From Candidatus Eiseniibacteriota bacterium (GTDB lineage: Bacteria; Eisenbacteria; RBG-16-71-46), in assembly GCA_963744995.1 (NCBI GenBank), contig CAVUWA010000004.1:224001-288000 (forward strand): a stretch of DNA of 64,000 nt, read 5' to 3'. Below, one piece after another: positions 28,963 to 38,856 of the stretch. The notes under the pieces are model-generated. The model saw only the letters and a program-made list of their open reading frames with translations. It did not search any database and had not been told where the DNA came from. Numbering within the stretch: position 1 is the stretch's first letter; each line of letters opens with the position of its first letter. A program made the translations under genes and the position numbers.

Positions 28963-30565
28963 TCACCACCGCAGCACCCACGCGCTCCTAACCACCGAAT
29001 CCAGCTCGGCCGCAGTGAAGACCTCCACCTCGCCGGTCGCCGCATAGACGACCGCGCGCGTGGCATCCGTGACCAGAAACGAGTCGCGCGGGAACGAAAC
29101 CGACCGCACTTCCGGGAAGAACGCCCTCACGCCGGCGCCGTCGAACAGCGCGGTGGCGACGTTCTGCTCGGGGTAGATCGGCTCGTCGGGCGGCGGCGCT
29201 TCGCCACTGCCACGCGCGATGCGGGCCAGCAGCGCGAGGCGCTCGCGGAACAGGAACACGAGGTCCGCACCGGGCGGCAGCGACGCGGCTTGGAGACCGT
29301 CGATGACGCGCCTGGCGATCCGGGATCGATCCACGATCGGATCGCCGCGCAGCGCCGGGTAGACGCGCATCGGGCGCGACTCCATTCGCCGCACGAGGGC
29401 CGCTCCGTTCCAGACGAGGAGCAGCGCCGCCGGCCCGGCCAGCCACCACGCATGGCGCTGCAGCAGTCCCCGGGGCGTGCGCTCCGTACCGATCGCATGG
29501 CCGGCGGCGAGCCGGGCGAACAGCGCGTCCGCGCCGGCCGCCACGCACCAGCCGCCGGCCAGCAGGGGCGCGTACAGAAAGTAGTGATAGGTGTGGTTGC
29601 GCAGCGGCAGTACCGGGGCCAGCAGCAGCAGGAACGTCACCCCGGCGACGTGCCAGCCGCGCCGGCGCAGCGACGGCACGGCGCACAGCGCGGCCCAGAT
29701 GACCAGCGCCACGAGACCGGGCCAGTACAGGCCCGGATTTCGGACGTCGACGAAGCGCAGCGGCGACGGGCGCATCGTGACATCGACGGTCCAGCCCGCA
29801 TACGTCGTCAGGTTCATCAGCAGCGCCCGACCGAAATCGAGCGCGTACGCGGACGTCGCACCGCCGCCCGGGCCGATGCTGCCCATTCCGCCGTTCGCGA
29901 GGAACACGCCGTATGCCGCGCTCACGGCGAACAACGCACCGTCGAGCCGGTCGGGCGTCCACCGCCGTCCCGATGGCGGGCGACACCGCGCGCGCATCAG
30001 CCAGAGCGCGGCCGGCGCAAGCAGCACCGACTCCTTGGAGAGCAGGGCGAGCGCGAACGCCGGCACGGCCAGCCAGCGTGCGCGATCGTCACGCAGCGCG
30101 AGCGCCGTGGCCAGCAGCGCGAACCCCGCCGCCAGCAGATCGCTCCGCGCGGAGATCCAATAGAGCGTCGTGAACAGCGCCGGATGCACCGCGAAGAACG
30201 CGGCCCCGAGAAGCGCTGCCGGCGCGGCCAGCCTGCGGGCGAGCAGCAGGAACAGGCCGATCGCGATCGACTGCATGCAGCGCGAGGCTCACGGCGTGAT
30301 AGGGCATGGCGTGGCGGCCGAACAACGGGTAGGCCAGATCCATGAAGGTCTGAACCGATACGTAGCGCCAGACCTGGGTGTGGCGGGGCAGGACGCCGGC
30401 CGCGGCCGCGAGGCCGCGGAAGTCCTCCTGCGCGAAGAACCGATGCAGCGCGCCGCGGAAGACGATCAGGATACCGAGGGCGAGCGCCGCGCATGCGGCG
30501 ATCAGGTGCCACGAAGGGTCCGGACGATGTGCGGGGGCCTGCACTGCAGGTTCATGGGCGGTCAC
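28963..30565 (-). CDS. Membrane protein, GT-C/TMTC-like, +1 frameshift near 30272
   Basis: FFAQEDF, YH.VSL.LH, FAVHP....YWISARSD, ALLSKES. Confidence 0.7.
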
Positions 30566-30730
30566 GGCCTGCACGATGTCGCAGCCACCGGGCCCGGGCA
30601 AGCCGAACCTGCCTCACGGCTCGACAAGCGTGCGACCATTCCGCTGGAGCCGGTCGCGCCCCGGGCCGCGTTCTTCGGGTGATTCTGGGAGTCCCTGTTC
30701 GCATGGTGCACATTCAGGATCAACGGCATT

Positions 30731-31714
30731 ATGAATGACATGAAGTGTCTGGCCCGTCGCGAATACGACGCCGCGCAGCTCTCGGTGACCTATCCTCCGA
30801 TCCTGCGCCACCCGCACAAGCAGCTCGTGCACGCCCTTGCCAGCGCCGGCCCGCAGCCGACCGGCCGGATCGTCGTCACCCGGTGGCAGGCGGCACCGTT
30901 GCCTGTGAAGCGGACGCTGGCCGCGACCGAGGTCGTCCAGGTGTCGGGTGCATTCGACTACGCCGGGCACGACGCCGGTGTGTGGCACGTCAACTTCGCC
31001 GATCCGCGGCTGTTCGCCGCCTACGGTTCCGGGCTGCTCGCGCAGGACGAACTCCAGGTCGCGGAGCACCCGGCGCTCGGCTCGGTCCGCGAAGCGCTGA
31101 TCGCGGACGGTGTCCAGGCTCTAACTGTTGACGCCGATGGGCCGACCCCGGTGCTGGTTGCCGGCGTCGAGCGACGTTGCACGCTCGCTACCACGCCCAG
31201 CGTCGCGGCCGGTCGTCCTGGTGGGCTCTACGGCAACCGTTTCGCATCCGCGCCGGCCGGGGTCGTGCGCGCAGCGGTTCATGTGCACGAGCCGCCGACC
31301 CGCACCAATCTGATCGCGATCGCAGCGCCGCGCGGCGGCCGGGGTGAGTACGTTCGCGCCGATCTCGAGCTGGCCCTGCTCACCGCATTCACCGGGTTCG
31401 CGGCGGCGATCGCCGAGTCGACGTGGCTTTGGCCCGGCACCGCGGTCGAGATCCGCACTGGATTCTGGGGCTGTGGCGCGTTCGGGGGCAATCGACAAGT
31501 CATGACGCTGCTCCAAATTCTCGCGGCGCGGCTTGCCGGTGTCGTCCGGCTCCGGTTCTATGCATTCGACGGTGCGGGCGCCGCCGAGTTCGCCGCCGGC
31601 GCTGCGAGTCTCGAACGCGTTCTCGACATGGGCGCACCGGGCGAGCCGATCGCCGACGTACTCGGACGGATCGCCGATCTCCGCTATGCGTGGGGAACCA
31701 GCGACGGCAACTGA
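30731..31714 (+). CDS. PARG-like macrodomain protein (putative ADP-ribose glycohydrolase)
   Basis: VNFAD....G...AQDE and TGFWGCGAFGGN resemble the PARG signatures VDFAN..GGG....QEE and TGNWGCGAFGG. Confidence 0.65.
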   Translation: MNDMKCLARREYDAAQLSVTYPPILRHPHKQLVHALASAGPQPTGRIVVTRWQAAPLPVKRTLAATEVVQVSGAFDYAGHDAGVWHVNFADPRLFAAYGSGLLAQDELQVAEHPALGSVREALIADGVQALTVDADGPTPVLVAGVERRCTLATTPSVAAGRPGGLYGNRFASAPAGVVRAAVHVHEPPTRTNLIAIAAPRGGRGEYVRADLELALLTAFTGFAAAIAESTWLWPGTAVEIRTGFWGCGAFGGNRQVMTLLQILAARLAGVVRLRFYAFDGAGAAEFAAGAASLERVLDMGAPGEPIADVLGRIADLRYAWGTSDGN

Positions 31715-31808
31715 GGTGCATGCCGTGCTGCGCAAACAGAGAGGCCTCGCGGCATCGCCGGGGGGGGCGGTGTCGAGTCGCCCGACATTCATGCGACAAT
31801 CCCGCTCC

Positions 31809-32720
31809 ATGCGCCCGCGCTGGACGTCCCTCGCTCTCCTCGGCGGCATCCTCGCCGTCTCCGCCGCGTCCATCTTCGTGCGCTTCGCACAGGGGCACGC
31901 CGGCTCGCTGGTGATCGCGGCCGGACGGCTCGCGATCGCGACCCTGGTGCTGGCGCCGGTCGCGCTCGCGCGGCACCGCGACGCGCTGCGCGCGCTCACG
32001 CGCCGCGACTTCGCGCTCGCCCTCGCGGCGGGTGCGCTGCTCGCGCTGCATTTTTCGAGCTGGATCCTGTCGCTCGAGAAGACCTCGGTGATCGACTCGG
32101 TCGTGCTGGTCACCACGACGCCGCTCTGGGTGGCGCTGCTCGCCCCGCTCACGGTGGGCGAGCGGCTGTCGCGCGCGGCGCTCGCCGGCATCCTGCTCGC
32201 GCTTGCGGGTGGCGTGGTGATTGCGCTCGGGGCGACCGATCCAGGCGGCGCGTCGCATGCGCCCGCCGAGCGCCTCACCGGCGATGCGCTCGCCCTGCTC
32301 GGCGGGTGGGCGATGGCGCTCTACCTGATCGTCGGGCGTCGCATCCGCGCGCGTCTCGCGCTCGTGCCGTACGTGTTCCTGGTCTACGGCGCGGCGGCGC
32401 TGGTGCTCCTGGCCGCGGTGATCGTGAGCGGGCAGCGCGTGACCGGGCTGCCGCCTGCGACCTGGGGCTGGATCGCACTGCTCGCGCTGGTGCCGCAGCT
32501 GATCGGGCACTCGACCTTCAACTGGGCGCTGCGCCACCTGCCGGCGACCCCCGTGGCGATCGTCCTGTTCGGCGAGCCGGTGGGGGCGACGGTGCTCGCG
32601 TGGCTGATTCTTGCCGAGACACCGTCGGCCGCGCGCATCGCGGGCGCGGCGGTGATTCTCGCGGGCGTGTTCATCGCGGCGCGCAGTACGCCCGCCGTCG
32701 ACCCCGAGCCGGCCGGCTGA
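31809..32720 (+). CDS. DMT/EamA family transporter
   Basis: About 10 TM helices; LHF..W..SL, GD.LAL, PQLIGH..FNWAL, GEPVGA. Confidence 0.9.
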   Translation: MRPRWTSLALLGGILAVSAASIFVRFAQGHAGSLVIAAGRLAIATLVLAPVALARHRDALRALTRRDFALALAAGALLALHFSSWILSLEKTSVIDSVVLVTTTPLWVALLAPLTVGERLSRAALAGILLALAGGVVIALGATDPGGASHAPAERLTGDALALLGGWAMALYLIVGRRIRARLALVPYVFLVYGAAALVLLAAVIVSGQRVTGLPPATWGWIALLALVPQLIGHSTFNWALRHLPATPVAIVLFGEPVGATVLAWLILAETPSAARIAGAAVILAGVFIAARSTPAVDPEPAG

Positions 32721-32791
32721 GCACGCGGCCCCGGGCGGCCGGACCCACGCCGGTCCCCTGGCGGGCCGGCCGCGCACCCGTGCACCCGATG

Positions 32792-34189
32792 TCATGCCGG
32801 CGCCGCAGCTCGAAAAGCCCCACCTGTCCGCGCCGGCGGCCGCAGGAACGCGAGCGCCGCCTTCACGCGTGCTTCGAGCGTGGCATCGGCCATGGCCTCG
32901 CAGTGTTCGGCGGCGCGCCGCGCGTCGGATTTCCGAATGCCGAGCTTCAAGAGCCAGGGCGTGACGTCGAGCGCGGGGTCAGATGAATGAGCCGGGACTG
33001 ATCGTGAGACCGGCTCGGGGCCAGGGGCTGTCCCGGGCGGCGCCGTTCTCTCGGTGCGGGCGTCCGCTCCAGCCTTCGCATCGGGAAGGCGCTGCGCCGA
33101 TCCGGCGCGCTCGCGTCGCGCCGTCGTCCGTCTCTGACCACGCTTGCCCCGCATGAATCCCGCACCGAAGACCTGCTCGGCCTCGTACTGGTTGTGCGCG
33201 CGGCAGCGCAACCGCAGGTTGTCGACGGTGCTCTTCCCGCCCCGCGCGACGGGCTCGATGTGATCGAACTCCAGATTCCCGCGCGCCTCGCAGCGCCGGC
33301 CGTTCTCGGCGATGAACGTGCAGCGGCCCTCGTCGCGCTTCCAGATCGCGCGCTTCACCGCGTTCGGAATACGGCGGCCCGTGGCGGGCCCCGCCTGTGC
33401 CCGCGGCCGGTCCGCCGCGCCGAAGCGGCGCTTCTCGAGCTCGACTGCGAGCGCCTTGAAGCCGCGATCGAGCGCCCGGTCCATCTCTTCCGAAGTCACC
33501 TTCCGTCCGAGGAGCTGTTCGAAGTATCGAATCGCCTCGCGCGTACCCTCTGCCATCGTGAAGCGGGTCTCGTAGCGGCCCGCCCCGAGCGGATTGAAGC
33601 GGGGTCGGGCGCCCGCGCTCCGAGGTGTCCGTACGGACACCTCGGAAGAAGTCCCTGCATGGCTCACGCAGCCGGCATCACCAGCAGGCGCCCGGACGGG
33701 CGCTGCGCCCGGAGTCCCATCCGGTGTCCGTACGGACACCGCAGCCGCGCCGGCGAGCGGCACGATGCTGACCGGCACGTCAAGCTGCGGCGCGCGGTTC
33801 GCCAGCAGGTCGCGGATCTCGTCGTTGCTGCGCCGTGACGCGGTCTGGATCAGCTCGTTCGCGTTCTCGTTCGTCAGCCACGGCGCGAGCAGGATCACCC
33901 CGCTACCGTTCAGCCGCCCGTCGGCCAGCGCCGGGAAGATTTCCGGGAACCGGAGCGCCGTCCGCGCCACGCGGATCAGCTTCTTCGCCATCTGCTCGGA
34001 CATCTCGAGCTCGCGCACCAGGAAGGCGGACATGGCGGGATAGCCCTCGGGAGCGTAGAGCCGGCGCGCGTCGAACTCGGCGATGTGCGCGACCTCGGCG
34101 GCGTACGCGAGGCGGGAGTTCGGGACGGCGGCCACCAGGCCGCGGCGCAGCGCGCCATCGGTGAGGTGCGAAAACAGAAACGGATTCAT
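32792..34189 (-). CDS. DUF222-like/HNH endonuclease with RuvA-C-like tail
   Basis: HIAEFDARRLY...GY..M N-domain; RDEGRC.F...RC...LEFDHIEP...GG.....NLRLRCRAHN. Confidence 0.85.
   Translation of the reverse strand: MNPFLFSHLTDGALRRGLVAAVPNSRLAYAAEVAHIAEFDARRLYAPEGYPAMSAFLVRELEMSEQMAKKLIRVARTALRFPEIFPALADGRLNGSGVILLAPWLTNENANELIQTASRRSNDEIRDLLANRAPQLDVPVSIVPLAGAAAVSVRTPDGTPGAAPVRAPAGDAGCVSHAGTSSEVSVRTPRSAGARPRFNPLGAGRYETRFTMAEGTREAIRYFEQLLGRKVTSEEMDRALDRGFKALAVELEKRRFGAADRPRAQAGPATGRRIPNAVKRAIWKRDEGRCTFIAENGRRCEARGNLEFDHIEPVARGGKSTVDNLRLRCRAHNQYEAEQVFGAGFMRGKRGQRRTTARRERAGSAQRLPDAKAGADARTERTAPPGTAPGPEPVSRSVPAHSSDPALDVTPWLLKLGIRKSDARRAAEHCEAMADATLEARVKAALAFLRPPARTGGAFRAAAPA
33619..33646. repeat. 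Perfect 28-bp palindrome inside the HNH gene
   Basis: TCCGAGGTGTCCGTACGGACACCTCGGA equals its own reverse complement. Confidence 0.95.
33722..33741. repeat. Perfect 20-bp palindrome, second copy of the same 18-bp core
   Basis: CGGTGTCCGTACGGACACCG. Confidence 0.95.
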
Positions 34190-34423
34190 CTGCGTTCTTC
34201 CGCGGGGGCGGGTCGCGCGGGGGCGCACTTCATTTCATATCACACCTGATTTTCGACGCACGGAGATCGGCGCTGCGCGCAAATCGGAGCAATGGACCGA
34301 ACGAATTGCGGCCCCGACGCGCGGAGCCGCACAGCGCGCGCGTCAGGCGCCTTCGTGCGCGATTCGTGCATGTCCGCGGGGGTGCAGAAGATGCGCGCCC
34401 GAGGGCCGTCAAGAGAAAAATGA

Positions 34424-34745
34424 GGTTCAGACCGGGGACACTGGTAACAGATCAGACCGGGGACATGGGTGACAGCCTGGCGGCATCATCGGTTCGAGGA
34501 GGACCGCACGATGCCCTGGGCAAGGACGGTTCAGACCGGGCACACTGGTAACAGATCAGACCGGGGACATGGGTGACAGCCTGGCGGCATCATCGGTTCG
34601 AGGAGGACCGCACGATGCCCTGGGCAAGGACGGTTCAGACCGGGGACACCGGTGACGGAACGAAGTGGTTGCATGGGTCACAGGTGACCGGCACTGTTCA
34701 GCCCGGGGACACACCTGAAAGACCAGTCCGAGGACACGGGCGACG
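34424..34745 (+). mobile_element. Tandem 104-bp duplication plus degenerate copies of an IS481-like end; no transposase
   Basis: Units 34424-34527 and 34528-34631 differ at one base; seven CAGACCGGGGACA-like boxes, paired 25 bp apart; each unit has AGGAGG + ATG CCC TGG (MPW). Confidence 0.65.
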
Positions 34746-34915
34746 GCGCGACAGCGTCACGGGCTCGAGGACCACCGCCCGATACCTGAGCCGCCTGCAC
34801 CCCGCGACTGGCATCGCGTTCCGGTTCGTCGCATCATGCGCCTTCGGCTCCCCGGCCACGCGGGGCGGAGCGGATCCGTCCCGTTCCTCAAAACTCTGAA
34901 CAGGACAAGCCCAGA

Positions 34916-37900
34916 ATGATGCGCTCGCTCCCCGCTACGCTCGCGGCGCTCTGTGCGCTCGCGCTGGCCGCGCCGTCCGTTGCCGCCCCGGCGCGCAAGG
35001 CCGCGAAGAGCGACCCCGACTCCCTCTTCAAGGCCTCGACCTTCAACGGCCTCGCGTTCCGCTCGATCGGCCCCGCGTTCACCTCAGGACGCGTGATCGA
35101 CATCGCGATCGACCCGCACGACCGCCGCACCTGGTACGTCGCGGCGGCGAGCGGCAACCTGTGGAAAACGACCAACGCCGGCGTGACCTGGGATCCGATC
35201 TTCGACCACGAGGGCTCGTACTCGATCGGCTGCGTGACCGTGGACCCGAGGAATCCGCTCGTCGTCTGGGTCGGCACGGGCGAGAACAACAGCCAGCGCA
35301 GCGTGAGCTACGGCGACGGGGTCTACAAGTCCGTGGATGGCGGCCGGCACTGGAAGAACGTCGGGCTCAAGGACTCCGAGCACATCGGCATGATCGTCGT
35401 GGACCCGCGCCACTCCGACGTCGTCTACGTCGCCGCGCAGGGGCCCTTGTGGCGCGAGGGCGGCGATCGCGGCCTCTACAAGACTGCCGACGGCGGCGCG
35501 ACGTGGAAGAAGATCCTCGACGTGGACGCGCGCACCGGCGTGAGCGAAATCCACCTCGATCCGCGCAATCCGGACGTCATGTACGCGAGCACCTACGAGC
35601 GCCACCGCCGCGTGTGGACGCTGATCGACGGCGGCCCCGGCTCGTCGATCCGCAAGAGTACCGACGGCGGCAAGACCTGGGTGAAGCTCACGAACGGCCT
35701 GCCGAAAGTGGAGATGGGGCGTATCGGACTGGCGATCTCGCCCGCGAACCCCGACGTCGTCTACGCGATCATCGAAGCGCGCGACAAGAAGGGCGGCGTC
35801 TACCGCTCGACCGACGCGGGTGGCAACTGGAAGAAGATGAACGGCTACGTCTCGAGCAGCCCGCAGTACTACCAGGAGCTGATCCCGGACCCGGAGGTCC
35901 AGGACCGCGTCTACTCGATGGACACGTTCATGCAGGTCACCGACGACGGCGGCAGGACCTGGCATCGCGCAGGGGAGAAGGACAAGCACGTCGACAACCA
36001 CGCGCTGTGGATCGACCCGGACGACACCGACCACCTGATTGCGGGCTGCGACGGCGGGCTCTACGAGAGCTTCGACCGCGCGGCGACCTGGCGCTTCTTC
36101 GAGAACCTGCCGATCACGCAGTTCTACGACGTGGCGCTGGACGACTCGCAGCCGTTCTACTTCGTCTACGGCGGCACACAGGACAACAACACCCAGGGCG
36201 GACCGTCACGGACCACGAATCGCAACGGCATCCGCAACGACGACTGGTTCATCACGGTCGGCGGCGACGGCTTCCACTGCGCGGTGGACCCGGAAGATCC
36301 GAACATCGTCTACTCGGAAGCCCAGCACGGCCATCTGGTGCGCTTCGACCGCAAGAGCGGCGAGCGCGTCGGCATCCAGCCGCAGATCGAGCCGGGCGAG
36401 CCGCCCGCGCACTGGAACTGGGACTCGCCGCTCATGATCAGCCCGCACTCGCACACGCGGCTCTACTTCGGCTCGCAACGGCTCTATCGGAGCGACGATC
36501 GCGGCGACACCTGGCGCCCGGTGAGCCCCGACCTCACGCGCGGCCTCGACCGCAACGCGCTCGAGGTCGCCGGCCGCGTATGGAGCGTGGACGCGGTCGC
36601 GAAGAACGCCTCGACGTCCGTCTACGGCAATCTGGTCGCGCTGTCCGAATCACCGCTCGTCGAAGGCCTGCTCTACGCGGGCACCGATGACGGCCTCGTG
36701 CAGGTCAGCGAAGACGGCGGCGCACACTGGCGCAGGGACGAGCGCTTCCCGGGCGTGCCGGAGCTGAGCTACGTGTCGCGCCTGCTCGCTTCGCGCCACG
36801 ACGCGAATGTCGTCTATGCCGCGTTCGACAACCACAAGAACGGCGGCGACTTCAAGCCGTACCTGCTGAAGAGCAGTGACCGCGGGCGGAGCTGGAGCGC
36901 CATCGCCGGCAATCTGCCCGGGCGCGGCACGGTCTACAGCCTGGCCGAGGACTCGGAGAAGCCCGATCTGCTGTTCGCCGGCACCGAGTTCGGCGTGTTC
37001 TTCACGGTGGACGGCGGCGGGCGCTGGACGCAGCTCAAGGGCGGGCTGCCGACCGAGCAGGTCCGCGACATGAAGATCCAGCGACGCGAGAACGACCTGG
37101 TGCTCGCGACGTTCGGGCGCGGCTTCTACGTGCTCGACGACGTGACGCCGCTGCGCGACGTCTCGCGCGCGGTGCTCGAAGGCGGCGCCACGCTGTTCCC
37201 GGTGCGCACGGCGCACCTGTACGTGCCGGATTCGCCGATCGGCGGAGACGGCAAGGCGTCGCGCGGCGGGACCTACTTCACGGCCGACAACCCGCCGTTC
37301 GGCGCGGTGTTCACCTACTACCTGCGCGACGGCATCAAGACGCTCAAAGAGCAGCGGCAGGCGCGCGAGGAGAGAATCGAGGAGCAGTGGGGCGACGTGT
37401 CGTACCCGTCGTGGGACAGCCTGCGCGCCGAGGATCGCGAGGGGAAGCCGGCGATCGTGCTCACCGTGGCCGACGCTGACGGCCGTGTCGTCAGGCGACT
37501 CACCGGACCGGTCGGCGCAGGCTTCCACCGCGTGGCGTGGGATCTGCGCTGGCCGGCGCCGAACCCGACGACGCTCGGATCCGACGGGGACCTGCCGCCG
37601 TGGCGGCGCGCGCCGCAGGGACCGTTCACGGGGCCCGGCGCCTATCGGGTGAGCCTCGCGAAACGGGTGGACGGTGTGGAGACGCCGCTCGGCGCACCGC
37701 AGACGTTCGAGGTCCGGATGCTCGAGCGGCAGTCGCTGCCCGCGAAGGACCGGGCGAAGGCGATCGCCTTCGCCCGCGAGTCGGCGCGCCTCGAGCGTGC
37801 GGTGCTGGGCACGATCGAGGCCACGAAGAACGCGCTGCACCGCGTGGAGCTGCTCGAGAAGGCGCTCGACGACACGCCCGCCGCACCCGCGGACATGGCG

Positions 37901-38224
37901 GCGCGGGCGCGCGAGATCGAAGGCAGGCTCGAGGACGCCATGGCGGCGCTCAGCGGCGATCCGGTGAAGCGCTCGCGCGAAGCGCCCACGCCGCCATCGA
38001 TCCGCGAACGCGTGGCGCGGATCGTCAGCGACACCTGGAACATGACCACCGACGTGCCGGCGACGGATCAACGCTCATACGCGATCGCATCGAGCGACTT
38101 CGAGGCGACGCTGGCGGACCTGCGCCGCCTGATCGAGACCGATCTGGCGGCGCTCGAACGCGACGCCGAGGCCGCCGGCGCGCCGTGGACGCCGGGGCGC
38201 TTGCCGGCGTGGAAGGGGGAGTAG
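34916..38224 (+). CDS. Secreted VPS10/BNR (Asp-box) repeat beta-propeller protein, putative glycosyl hydrolase
   Basis: FRSIGP...SGR; many S.DGG.TW Asp-boxes; signal peptide; C-terminal helical region. Confidence 0.88.
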   Translation: MMRSLPATLAALCALALAAPSVAAPARKAAKSDPDSLFKASTFNGLAFRSIGPAFTSGRVIDIAIDPHDRRTWYVAAASGNLWKTTNAGVTWDPIFDHEGSYSIGCVTVDPRNPLVVWVGTGENNSQRSVSYGDGVYKSVDGGRHWKNVGLKDSEHIGMIVVDPRHSDVVYVAAQGPLWREGGDRGLYKTADGGATWKKILDVDARTGVSEIHLDPRNPDVMYASTYERHRRVWTLIDGGPGSSIRKSTDGGKTWVKLTNGLPKVEMGRIGLAISPANPDVVYAIIEARDKKGGVYRSTDAGGNWKKMNGYVSSSPQYYQELIPDPEVQDRVYSMDTFMQVTDDGGRTWHRAGEKDKHVDNHALWIDPDDTDHLIAGCDGGLYESFDRAATWRFFENLPITQFYDVALDDSQPFYFVYGGTQDNNTQGGPSRTTNRNGIRNDDWFITVGGDGFHCAVDPEDPNIVYSEAQHGHLVRFDRKSGERVGIQPQIEPGEPPAHWNWDSPLMISPHSHTRLYFGSQRLYRSDDRGDTWRPVSPDLTRGLDRNALEVAGRVWSVDAVAKNASTSVYGNLVALSESPLVEGLLYAGTDDGLVQVSEDGGAHWRRDERFPGVPELSYVSRLLASRHDANVVYAAFDNHKNGGDFKPYLLKSSDRGRSWSAIAGNLPGRGTVYSLAEDSEKPDLLFAGTEFGVFFTVDGGGRWTQLKGGLPTEQVRDMKIQRRENDLVLATFGRGFYVLDDVTPLRDVSRAVLEGGATLFPVRTAHLYVPDSPIGGDGKASRGGTYFTADNPPFGAVFTYYLRDGIKTLKEQRQAREERIEEQWGDVSYPSWDSLRAEDREGKPAIVLTVADADGRVVRRLTGPVGAGFHRVAWDLRWPAPNPTTLGSDGDLPPWRRAPQGPFTGPGAYRVSLAKRVDGVETPLGAPQTFEVRMLERQSLPAKDRAKAIAFARESARLERAVLGTIEATKNALHRVELLEKALDDTPAAPADMAARAREIEGRLEDAMAALSGDPVKRSREAPTPPSIRERVARIVSDTWNMTTDVPATDQRSYAIASSDFEATLADLRRLIETDLAALERDAEAAGAPWTPGRLPAWKGE

Positions 38225-38235
38225 CGCCGGCGCGC

Positions 38236-38856
38236 TCAGGTGCCGGCGGTGGCCCCGGCGACCAGATCCGCTCCCGCCGACGCATGCCGCGCCTCGGCGT
38301 CCTGACGCTCGCCATCCAGCAGGCGCCGGAGCGCGGCGCGGCTCGCCGCGGCCTCCCAGTCCACGCGTCCCGCCTGGGCGACCGCGATGCGGCCCGCTTC
38401 GTCGATCACGTAGGTGTACGGAATACTCGGGCAGGGGAGGGCGCGGCGCAGCTCGCGCTGGCCGTCCATCAGGACCGGCACCGAGAGCCGGTGGCGGCCG
38501 ACGTAGCGCGCGACCGAAGGGAACGGGTCGAACGTGACGAGCCAGGTCTGCAGTCCCTCGAGGCCATCGGCGTGGCGCAGCGAGTCGAGCGCCTGCGCCT
38601 GCTCGAGGCTGCCCTTCTCCCACGGCGCCCAGTAATGAATCACCGTGACGCCGACCTGCGGGTGCAGGCGCTGCATGCCGACCGGGACGACGGGCAGCAC
38701 GACGTCCGCGTCGAACGCATGCCGCGCGGCGGGGGCGATCAATGCGAGCGGCCGCGGCGCTTCGCCGGGGGCGCTCACGGTGAAGAGCTGCGAGCGCCAG
38801 ACGACGACCGCGATTGCGCCGAGCACGACGAAGACCAGCAGCGCGCGGCGTGACAT
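38236..38856 (-). CDS. Membrane-anchored TlpA-like thioredoxin-fold protein lacking CxxC
   Basis: HYWAPWEKGS, PVLMD, SIPYTYVID..GRI. Confidence 0.7.
   Translation of the reverse strand: MSRRALLVFVVLGAIAVVVWRSQLFTVSAPGEAPRPLALIAPAARHAFDADVVLPVVPVGMQRLHPQVGVTVIHYWAPWEKGSLEQAQALDSLRHADGLEGLQTWLVTFDPFPSVARYVGRHRLSVPVLMDGQRELRRALPCPSIPYTYVIDEAGRIAVAQAGRVDWEAAASRAALRRLLDGERQDAEARHASAGADLVAGATAGT

Noticed and set aside
6090..30280. Frameshifts in nuoBCD (two), the DUF2079-like gene, the dehydrogenase/hydratase and the 28963-30565 gene as programmed frameshifting or pseudogenes
   Set aside because: Mostly single extra bases in unrelated, otherwise intact genes, with no slippery heptamers; long-read assembly error is the simpler explanation, to be confirmed with reads
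34424..34745. CRISPR array
   Set aside because: The sequences between boxes are duplicated, not unique spacers; spacing is irregular; no cas genes in the window
27815..34900. tRNA-anchored genomic island or prophage
   Set aside because: Accessory-looking genes follow the tRNA, but I found no integrase and no duplicated tRNA 3' end
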